Below are positions 1 through 9,724 of a stretch of 54,845 nucleotides of DNA, piece after piece. The notes under the pieces are model-generated. The model saw nothing but the letters and a program-made list of their open reading frames with translations, was not told where the DNA came from and made no database searches. The DNA is from an uncultured Dehalococcoidaceae bacterium (GTDB lineage: Bacteria; Chloroflexota; Dehalococcoidia; Dehalococcoidales; RBG-16-60-22), in NCBI GenBank assembly GCA_964342875.1, contig CAYFHI010000003.1:1-54845 (forward strand), in the 5' to 3' direction. Position 1 is the first letter of the stretch; the number at the start of each line of letters is the position of its first letter. The position numbers and the translations under genes were made by a program.

Positions 1-1924
<1,924 letters not shown>

Positions 1925-2129
1925 CTAACTCCTAACTGTCAGAAATATTCGGAACCTGGCAAATATTAATACTGAAGGTCAGATGAAAAAAGGATAGCTC
2001 TGTCTTGGAAAGGATTGCCGATGATGGGTAACTTTAAAAAAAGATGTAGCAATCATTGACTTGGTTTATTATACCATGATTTAAACCGTAAAGGGAAGAT
2101 GAAAACCTAACAAAATAAGAGAAAAAATA

Positions 2130-2546
2130 CTATTCACCCATAATCTGCAAAATAATCTGTCTTGACCTGGGCCGATTATCAAAGTCCACCAGGATTATCT
2201 GCTGCCAAGTACCCAGAATTAGTTTCTGGTGGCTAAAGGGCACGACTAATGAGGGCCCCAGCAACGAAGCACGGACATGAGAGTACCCGTTACCGTCACC
2301 CCAGCGACGGTCATGACTATATGTAATATTCATCGGGACGCTCCGCTCCCACATATCCTGAAAGTCGGAAAGCACACCGGATTCAAATTCAATCGTCGTC
2401 ACGCCGGCGGTGGAACCGGCGACAAATATTGTAACCGTCCCGTGACTCACTTCCGTACTGGCGATTTGGTGCCCAACCTGCTGTGTAATATCAATGATAT
2501 CGCACTGCCCCTGAGTCTCCAGACTTATTTCCCGGGTGCTTACCAT
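2130..2546 (-). CDS. yjbQ: YjbQ/UPF0047 family protein (secondary thiamine-phosphate synthase-like)
   Basis: GSTAGVTTIE, DGNGYSHVRASLLGPS and LGTWQQI..DFD.RPR.R motifs. Confidence 0.9.
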   Translation of the reverse strand: MVSTREISLETQGQCDIIDITQQVGHQIASTEVSHGTVTIFVAGSTAGVTTIEFESGVLSDFQDMWERSVPMNITYSHDRRWGDGNGYSHVRASLLGPSLVVPFSHQKLILGTWQQIILVDFDNRPRSRQIILQIMGE

Positions 2547-2563
2547 GATTGAACCTCCCGCAG

Positions 2564-3337
2564 TTAGTCGTTTAGTTCATCCCAGAGAACTTCGTCTAAT
2601 TTAAATACGGGTCCATCCTGACAGACCTGCTTCAGTCCGATTTTTGTTTTAACAGTGCAACCGTAGCAGAAGCCAAGCCCGCACCCCATCCTCACTTCCA
2701 GAGAAACTTGTATATTTCTATCCTTTAGGACTGGCGTCCGTACCATTGTCTGGTACATGGGAAGTGGGCCGCACGTAAAAATACAGTCAGCCCAATGAGC
2801 CAAGCCTGGCAGGAGACCGGTTACCATTCCTTTTTTTCCGGTGGAACCGTCCTCGGTAGCAGTGATAATCTCGATTTCAGGTAGGAAGAAGTGCCCCGGG
2901 TAGAGCCGGCTCGAGTCTGCCGCGCCCAGCAACAGCTTTACTGAATGACCCCGACTTACCGCTTCCTGCGCCAAAAAGCGTAGCGGGGCGATACCGATGC
3001 CACCCGCCACCAGTAGCAAGTTAGACGAGGCAGGAGAGAGGGAAAAACCGTTACCCAGTGGGCCAATCAGGTCTAGATTATCACCCTCCTGACGTTGTGA
3101 CAGCCAGTGCGTGCCCTTACCCTTTACTGCAAAGAGAAGAGCCAGCTTCTCTTTGGCCATATCCTCAACCTGGTGAATGCTTAGAGGGCGGTGCAGGAAA
3201 GTCTCTTCCCCACAATTTACCATGACAAACTGCCCCGGCTTTGCCGCCAGAGCTATCTGTGAGGCTTCCAGCCAGATGAGGTAGACCCCTGGCATAATTT
3301 CGATGTTGGAAATAACGCGGGCAAGTATTTGCTTCAA
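2564..3337 (-). CDS. pyrK: Dihydroorotate dehydrogenase electron transfer subunit (FAD, 2Fe-2S)
   Basis: PGQFVMV, RPLSI, GPLGNGF, GGIGIAPL, CGP and MGCGLGFCYGC...VCQDGPVF motifs; lies in the pyr cluster. Confidence 0.9.
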   Translation of the reverse strand: MKQILARVISNIEIMPGVYLIWLEASQIALAAKPGQFVMVNCGEETFLHRPLSIHQVEDMAKEKLALLFAVKGKGTHWLSQRQEGDNLDLIGPLGNGFSLSPASSNLLLVAGGIGIAPLRFLAQEAVSRGHSVKLLLGAADSSRLYPGHFFLPEIEIITATEDGSTGKKGMVTGLLPGLAHWADCIFTCGPLPMYQTMVRTPVLKDRNIQVSLEVRMGCGLGFCYGCTVKTKIGLKQVCQDGPVFKLDEVLWDELND

Positions 3338-3389
3338 ATCCGATTCCTTTCCTATGTTCGGAAAAAGAGGACTGCCTTATTATTTCATA

Positions 3390-5678
3390 CTATTTCATAC
3401 CGTGCTCGTTCATCTCTTTCAATATTTTCTCAGGTTCAAGGGGAAGCTCCTTAATCCTTACACCAACCGCATCGGAAACGGCGTTACCTATGGCTGCCGC
3501 CGTGGGCGCCAGTGCCGGTTCGCCAAGTCCCTTTGCCCCGTATGGTCCTTCGTCATGAGCCTCTTCAACCAGGATAGGTTGAATATCCGTGATGTCCAAA
3601 GCGGTAGAAAGTTTGTAATCGGTAAGATTCGGATTGAGAACACGTCCCTTTTCCAACTGCATTTGCTCGGATAAGGCAGCCCCTATTCCCATGGTGACAG
3701 CCCCTTCAATTTGACCTTGGCAAAGCTTAGGATTGATTGCTTTACCCACATCATGCGCCGCAGCCAGCTTAAGGACTCTGACCGTGCCGGTATCCTGGTC
3801 AACTTCAACTTCAGCCGCCTGGGCAGCATACTGCCAGACTGTATCAAACCCCTGTCCGGTCTCCTTATCAAATGGTTTGACGGCGCGACTATAAGTCCCT
3901 TTGCCGACAAATTGTCCTTCATGACTGCGCAGAGCTGAATGAGCCAGATGACCGAAGGTTAACCCCCGCTCCGGCGTATCTTTCACAAAGACTCGCCCGC
4001 GCTCTAAAACCAGTTGTTCTTTATTCACGTTCAATTCATGACAAGCCAGATTCAGACACTGCTCCCTGACATCCCTTGCTGCCTGCATAACCGCATTACC
4101 TACTGAAAACGTTGCCCCGCTCCCCACCGTTGCCGTGTAATAAGGCGTTATCTCCGTATCTCTGGCGGCTACCTTGATGTTCTCTACCGACACATCCAGT
4201 TCCTCCGCGACCATCTGAGGGAATACGGTATTGCATCCCTGTCCTATCTCCACGGCTCCCAGTAAAAGGTCCATAGTGCCGTCTTCGTTAACCTTCAAGA
4301 CAACATTGGCTGGGTAAGTCGTCTGCCACTTGTGCATGCAGGCAATACCCTTCCCCCGGTTACTGTCTTCACCCTGTTTGTTCCACCCAATCTGGTCGGC
4401 AGCCTTTCGCAAGCACTCTTTGAGCCCCACCGCTTTCAATACGACCCCTGACGGAGATGCATCCCCGGTCTCAAATGCATTCTTTAACCTGATTTCCAAC
4501 CTGTCCACTTTGAGTTTCTCAGCGATAATGTCCATCTGGGACTCAAAAGCCCAAGTCACTTGGGGACATCCAAACCCGCGCATGGCGCCGGCTACTGGGG
4601 TATTAGTGTAGACACAGAATCCGTCCAGTTGGATATTCGGGATACGGTAGGGACCGGAAGAACCGAAGGTACTCAGCGTTGTTATCATCGCGCCTTTTTC
4701 CGCGTATGCCCCGGAATTAAACACGACCTTGACCTGGCGAGCCCATAGTGTACCATCCTTTTTTACCCCTGTTTTTATCTCGATGATACTGGGGTGCCTG
4801 ACCATAGTATTGGTAAAGATTTGAGCACGGCTAAAGGCAACCTTCACCGGCTTCCCGTTAGTTTTCATTGCCAAGGCGATGGCTATCGGCTCTGTTGTCA
4901 GCCCTCCCTTGCCACCAAAACCACCTCCCTGGTAGGGAATAATAATCCGCACTTTTGACAGCGGGAGATTAAACGCAAGGGCGATTTGTTCACGAGCCTC
5001 GTGAGGGGCATCAAACGGCGTCCAGACGGTAATCATACCATTCACATCCACTGTCGCCACGGCGACATGAGGTTCAAGGGCGCTGTGGTTGACCATCTGG
5101 GTCTGGTAAGTATCTTCAAATATAAAATCGGACTCTCTGAAACCCTGCTCTACGTCTCCCTTGCGCATCTTGGGGTGGTGACAGATGTTGGTGCCTTCGA
5201 CCGGCCGGGCAATAGGTCCGCGCTCGTATGAAGTGAGGTCTTCATGCAGTATTGAGGCACCCGGTTCCATTGCCTGAACGGGATCAAAAACACCGGGTAA
5301 TTCTTCATACTCCACTTTGATTAGTTCCAGAGCTTCTTCGGCAATGTCTTCGTCTATTGCCGCCACGGCTGCTACCGGCTCGCCGAAAAGCCTTACCTTA
5401 TCCGCGGCGATGAACGGCTGGTCAATAATTCCGGTATGTGGGTTACCGAAACGCAGTGGAATATCCTTACCGGTTACCACGACTCTGACACCGACAAGCT
5501 TTTTTGCCCTGGTTATGTCCACATTCAGGATTCTGGCATGGGCATATTTGCTTCCCAGGATCTTACCGCAGAGCATCCCGGGAAATTTCAAATCGTGACC
5601 GAAGACGGCAGTCCCGGTAACCTTTTCCTGGGCGTCTACCCTGGTAAAACTCTTTCCGACGGCTGTCATATCACTCAT
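3390..5678 (-). CDS. Xanthine dehydrogenase family molybdopterin-binding (large) subunit
   Basis: RVDAQEKVTG, GGGFGGK, AMRGFG, EIGQG, GQIEG and GAKGLGEP motifs; 762 aa. Confidence 0.93.
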   Translation of the reverse strand: MSDMTAVGKSFTRVDAQEKVTGTAVFGHDLKFPGMLCGKILGSKYAHARILNVDITRAKKLVGVRVVVTGKDIPLRFGNPHTGIIDQPFIAADKVRLFGEPVAAVAAIDEDIAEEALELIKVEYEELPGVFDPVQAMEPGASILHEDLTSYERGPIARPVEGTNICHHPKMRKGDVEQGFRESDFIFEDTYQTQMVNHSALEPHVAVATVDVNGMITVWTPFDAPHEAREQIALAFNLPLSKVRIIIPYQGGGFGGKGGLTTEPIAIALAMKTNGKPVKVAFSRAQIFTNTMVRHPSIIEIKTGVKKDGTLWARQVKVVFNSGAYAEKGAMITTLSTFGSSGPYRIPNIQLDGFCVYTNTPVAGAMRGFGCPQVTWAFESQMDIIAEKLKVDRLEIRLKNAFETGDASPSGVVLKAVGLKECLRKAADQIGWNKQGEDSNRGKGIACMHKWQTTYPANVVLKVNEDGTMDLLLGAVEIGQGCNTVFPQMVAEELDVSVENIKVAARDTEITPYYTATVGSGATFSVGNAVMQAARDVREQCLNLACHELNVNKEQLVLERGRVFVKDTPERGLTFGHLAHSALRSHEGQFVGKGTYSRAVKPFDKETGQGFDTVWQYAAQAAEVEVDQDTGTVRVLKLAAAHDVGKAINPKLCQGQIEGAVTMGIGAALSEQMQLEKGRVLNPNLTDYKLSTALDITDIQPILVEEAHDEGPYGAKGLGEPALAPTAAAIGNAVSDAVGVRIKELPLEPEKILKEMNEHGMK

Positions 5679-5827
5679 TTTCCTGACCTCACAATAATAT
5701 ATATCTGCATACAGGGAAATATTCTAACCGGATTTAATTGTAACAACATACTCCAAGTTTAACAATACTTCGTCAGGTGACGTGCATTCGTTTCACGGTA
5801 GTTAAGATTTTAGAGAAGCTACGCCCC

Positions 5828-7159
5828 CTAATATTCTCCTTTATATTCCCCCGTAAGAGTTAAAAAATCGTCTTTATAGACCAATTTACCTTTATATACA
5901 GTCGCCATTACCTTGCCCTTGAGCCTTGCGCCCTCCAAGGGTGTGTTTTCCCCCTTGGAGGCAAAAGCGTTGGTATCAACCACCCATTCCCTGTCGGGGT
6001 CAAATATAGTAACATCAGCAGTGCATCCATCGCCCAGTGTGCCCAGCCTCTTGCCGATGGTGATAAGTCCTGCCGGCATTCCAGTCAGCCGGGTGATGAG
6101 GTCAGTGAGGGTAATTTGCCTGCTGTGAACCAAGTTCATCAGGCTACCCAGCGCCGTTTCCAGTCCGCTGATGCCAAAAGCGGCGCGGGTAAACTCACAC
6201 TTTTTATCCACTTCAGCGTGGGGAGCATGATCAGTAACGATGATGTCAATCACGTTGTCACGGAGTCCTTGGACAAGAGCTTGAACATCCCACTGCGTTC
6301 TCAAGGGTGGATTCACCTTAGCAACGGTACCATAAATAATAACCGCTTCCTCGGTCAGGGTAAGATGATGCGGCGTTACTTCGGCGGTGATATTGATGCC
6401 CTGCTCTTTACCCCGGCGAATCAGCTCCACTGAACCAGCCGTGCTGGCATGGGCAATATGAAGTCGGCCCCCCGTCTGCCGTGCCAGCGCCAGGTCACGA
6501 ACAATCATATTTTCCTCAGCCACGTGGGGCATACCGCGCAGTCCCAACTCGTTTGAGACAACGCCCTCATTAATCTGTCCGCCCATAGCCAAAGCGACAT
6601 CCTCACAATGCTCGATGATTGGAAGCCCCGAAGCGACACTGTAGTCAAGGGCTTGACGCATCAGGTTAGCGTTACTGACCGGCGCGCCGTCATCACTAAA
6701 GGCAATAGCACCAGCGGCAGCCATCTCATCCAGCGGGGCTAGGGTCTCGCCCTTTCTCCCCACGGTAACCGCGCCGATGGGCAGAACGCGGATGACGCCT
6801 TCTCTAGCGGCAATTGAATTTACGTAATTAATTACTTCACGGTTATCCAAAGCCGGGCTGGTATTTGGCATGCAGCAGACGGTGGTAAAGCCACCCCTTG
6901 CCGCCGCCCGGGTTCCGGTGGCAATTGTTTCCTTTTCCTCAAACCCCGGCTCGCGCAGGTGGCAGTGAAGGTCGATAAACCCAGGGCAGACCACAAGACC
7001 CTCAGCATTAAGCTCAATACAATCCGGCAAAGGCGACGGCGCGCTTAACAGAGCAATTTTACCGGCGCGAATTAATAAGCTACCAACTTCATCGATTCCT
7101 CTGTCAGGGTCAATTATCCGTCCACCTCGAATCAACAGAGGTTTCGCATTACTGCTCAA
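5828..7159 (-). CDS. pyrC: Dihydroorotase (type I, long form)
   Basis: PGFIDLHCHLREPG, CMPNT, EVTPHHL, KVNPPLR, TDHAPH and SKGENTP motifs. Confidence 0.96.
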   Translation of the reverse strand: MSSNAKPLLIRGGRIIDPDRGIDEVGSLLIRAGKIALLSAPSPLPDCIELNAEGLVVCPGFIDLHCHLREPGFEEKETIATGTRAAARGGFTTVCCMPNTSPALDNREVINYVNSIAAREGVIRVLPIGAVTVGRKGETLAPLDEMAAAGAIAFSDDGAPVSNANLMRQALDYSVASGLPIIEHCEDVALAMGGQINEGVVSNELGLRGMPHVAEENMIVRDLALARQTGGRLHIAHASTAGSVELIRRGKEQGINITAEVTPHHLTLTEEAVIIYGTVAKVNPPLRTQWDVQALVQGLRDNVIDIIVTDHAPHAEVDKKCEFTRAAFGISGLETALGSLMNLVHSRQITLTDLITRLTGMPAGLITIGKRLGTLGDGCTADVTIFDPDREWVVDTNAFASKGENTPLEGARLKGKVMATVYKGKLVYKDDFLTLTGEYKGEY

Positions 7160-7183
7160 ATTTCACCCATCATGATTGATTTA

Positions 7184-8581
7184 CTAAGGCTCTTTAACAT
7201 AATGACTGGGCTTGAAACCCTGTTCTTCGGCAGCCTCTTTTGAGGCGAAAATAATCAGGTTTTCCGGTTTGATTTGCTGAGTCCAATGGCTGTCAGCATC
7301 ATGGTATTTTTTATCATCCTTTGTCCCTTCGTGTCCTTCAGTACTGGCTACGTATCCGGGCTCGATACCGTGCTCACAATATACGCACCGCAAAGTAAGG
7401 GGTTCCCGGTTCACTATTTTAAATTCCGGCCCAAGGTACTTGGTTTCAGTCGACTGCACTGATACGCATTTTGTATTGGGGCATTTAAGTCCAGAATCCT
7501 GGCTGTACACCGGATATTCTAGTGCCTTGACAGACGAATCTTCCTCCAGGATGTTAATGTCTCTGGTACCCAGCAGGAAGGCTAAAAGCGCCATTCTAAC
7601 CGGCACTCCCCGCGCTGCCTGTTTAAAGTACATGCTCCTTTCGTCGCTGTCCATCTCATAAGCCAGCTCATCAACGCGGGGTAGCGGATGCATTACCAGT
7701 GTTTTGCTGAATTCTTTACCTCTGAGCAAGTTTTTATCTACTACGGGGTATTTTTTCTTCAGGTCCTGACCGCTATCAGCTTCGGAAAACCTCTCTTTTT
7801 GAGCCCTGGTAACATAAAGAGCATCAACCCCTTCGCTCAGCTCAATCCGGATATTGAGATTGGGCATCATCGCCAGTTGATGTGGGCTGCTCGGTGTCGT
7901 GTATACCGCATCCATGGGGAAAAGATTATCTTTGGCAACGGCACTATCATATTTTTCCAGTTCGCCGCCATATTCCTTAATCAGCTTTTCGATAACATGC
8001 TCCGGCACCTCCAGACCCGGACTGGGGCAGAACAGAATATTGGCACCGAACTTGGCCAAGGCAAAGATTAATGAATGTATCGTCCGGCCATATTTCAAGT
8101 CGCCCCAGAGAGCGATTTTCAGCCCTTTTATAGTCTGTTTTTCCCTCTTAATGGTATAAAGGTCCAGCATTGTCTGAGTAGGGTGCTGGTGGCCTCCATC
8201 GCCGGCATTTATTACCGGGATGCCCGCGTAATCGGCAACCACCTTCGCAGCGCCCTCCCAAGGATGCCTGATGACAATGATATCGGCATAGCTCCCGATT
8301 ACCCGCGCCATATCGGCAATACTCTCACCTTTCGAGAGGGAAGTCTCCCCGACATCTGATGCGGTGATAACGGTGCCGCCAAGCCGGTGCATCGCCGTTT
8401 CAAATGATAGCCGTGTCCGAGTACTCGGCTCGAAGAAAAGGCTCGCCATAATCTTACCGTGGCATACACCAAGCTGCTTGCCCATCGAATCTGACATTTC
8501 ATCAGACAGCGAAAATAAGGCTTCTATTTCCCCGTTGGTAAAATCATCAATGGTCACCAAGCTTCTACATGTCCCTGTCAT
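7184..8581 (-). CDS. pyrB: Aspartate carbamoyltransferase catalytic chain with C-terminal PyrI-like Zn domain and Ada-like extension
   Basis: FFEPSTRTRLSF, HPTQ and MHPLPRVDEL motifs; C-terminal CPNTKC...LRCVYCE. Confidence 0.95.
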   Translation of the reverse strand: MTGTCRSLVTIDDFTNGEIEALFSLSDEMSDSMGKQLGVCHGKIMASLFFEPSTRTRLSFETAMHRLGGTVITASDVGETSLSKGESIADMARVIGSYADIIVIRHPWEGAAKVVADYAGIPVINAGDGGHQHPTQTMLDLYTIKREKQTIKGLKIALWGDLKYGRTIHSLIFALAKFGANILFCPSPGLEVPEHVIEKLIKEYGGELEKYDSAVAKDNLFPMDAVYTTPSSPHQLAMMPNLNIRIELSEGVDALYVTRAQKERFSEADSGQDLKKKYPVVDKNLLRGKEFSKTLVMHPLPRVDELAYEMDSDERSMYFKQAARGVPVRMALLAFLLGTRDINILEEDSSVKALEYPVYSQDSGLKCPNTKCVSVQSTETKYLGPEFKIVNREPLTLRCVYCEHGIEPGYVASTEGHEGTKDDKKYHDADSHWTQQIKPENLIIFASKEAAEEQGFKPSHYVKEP

Positions 8582-8650
8582 TTTCCCTCCTTATCAACTG
8601 GTAACGCCCCGCGCGGTTTATACATTTGGGTTTATACATTTGTTAAACAT

Positions 8651-8745
8651 AATAAAACGACCCTTCGCTTCGATTAGCAAGAGGTCGCTTTTAACTGAGT
8701 CTTTAGTTTTTCCCTCACAATTACCAGCCTCACCATACCTTTAGA
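8651..8745 (-). promoter_or_regulatory. Putative pyr leader attenuator: degenerate PyrR-like site followed by an intrinsic terminator hairpin
   Basis: Minus strand reads GGTATGGTGAGGCTGG, a partial match to the PyrR consensus ARUCCNGNGAGGYU, then the hairpin GCGACCTCTTGC...GCGAAGGGTCGT followed by TTTATT upstream of pyrB. Confidence 0.55.
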
Positions 8746-8908
8746 AGGGTAGAAATGAACTGATTTAGTGTATCATTTCAAGTATACTATTTCAATCGGT
8801 CGGCTCCAGACACGGATTTACTGTCTGCTATATATAAATATATAATCAAAGTCGATATGGGAAGAGGAAAAAGTTGAATATTCCCTTTGCTGAGGATGTG
8901 CGATTACT

Positions 8909-8937
8909 TTGACAGCAATTGAAACTTAGACTATAAT
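8909..8937 (+). promoter_or_regulatory. Consensus sigma70 promoter for the two desulforedoxin-like genes
   Basis: TTGACA (8909-8914), 17-nt spacer, TATAAT (8932-8937). Confidence 0.85.
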
Positions 8938-8972
8938 AAGCCCGAGAACTTCTATAGGGAAGGTGATCTGAA

Positions 8973-9092
8973 ATGGCAAATGTGGTAGGGAAAAGATACC
9001 GCTGCCTCAAGTGCGGCTCTGAGTTTATCATTACCAAGGGCGGTGATGGCTCGGTTCACTGCTGTAACCAACCTATGGAACTGAAAAAATAA
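8973..9092 (+). CDS. Desulforedoxin-like mini-protein (39 aa)
   Basis: MANVVGKRYRCLKCGSEFIITKGGDGSVHCCNQPMELKK; CxxC...CCxxPM Dx motif; RBS GGAAGGTG. Below the ORF track length cutoff. Confidence 0.85.
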   Translation: MANVVGKRYRCLKCGSEFIITKGGDGSVHCCNQPMELKK

Positions 9093-9119
9093 GACAGGCC
9101 CAGCAGCAGGAGAACTTAC

Positions 9120-9263
9120 ATGTCAAATCAATTAGGCAAAAGATATCGTTGCCAGGTTTGTGGTACCGAAGCTTTATGCACTAAGGCCAGTGAGGGCACC
9201 GTTATATGCCATGACCAGAAAATGGAAGTACAGGAACCAAGACCGATACCATCGTCAGACTAA
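9120..9263 (+). CDS. Second desulforedoxin-like mini-protein (47 aa), paralog with C-terminal PRPIPSSD tail
   Basis: MSNQLGKRYRCQVCGTEALCTKASEGTVICHDQKMEVQEPRPIPSSD; RBS AGGAGA; shares GKRYRCxxCG with the upstream gene. Confidence 0.8.
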   Translation: MSNQLGKRYRCQVCGTEALCTKASEGTVICHDQKMEVQEPRPIPSSD

Positions 9264-9336
9264 TAAGGATTAACAGCGATCAGCCTAACACCCCGCTTTC
9301 ACAGCGAATCTTGACCTCGAACTTGATACGAGAAAA

Positions 9337-9645
9337 TCATTCCGTCTTTTCCGCTGCTTCTTCTTCGGCTTTTCCCGCCAGAGATACTGCCTGATTTAAC
9401 TTTTTCATCAATCGTGATTTTCGCCGGGCAGCATTATTCTGATGAATCATCCCTTTTTCCGCTGCCTTATCAAGAGACGTGACGGCGGTTTGAACTGATT
9501 CCTGAGCTGGTTTAAGCTCTCCGGAGAATATGAGTTTTTCCGCCTTGATGATATTGGTTTTAACCTGGCTACGCACAGACTTACCACGCAGCTTCCTTCG
9601 CTCCGAAGAGCGTACCCTTTTTTCAGCTGATTTAGTGATTGGCAA
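9337..9645 (-). CDS. rpsT: 30S ribosomal protein S20
   Basis: KSAEKR at the N-terminus and DKAAEKGMIHQNNAARRKSRL. Confidence 0.96.
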   Translation of the reverse strand: MPITKSAEKRVRSSERRKLRGKSVRSQVKTNIIKAEKLIFSGELKPAQESVQTAVTSLDKAAEKGMIHQNNAARRKSRLMKKLNQAVSLAGKAEEEAAEKTE

Positions 9646-9724
9646 TGTTTACCCCCTAGACCATCATTTGGCAAATCGACCTTGTATCTTTTTAAATTCG
9701 CAATAACAAAAAAACAAATTATCC

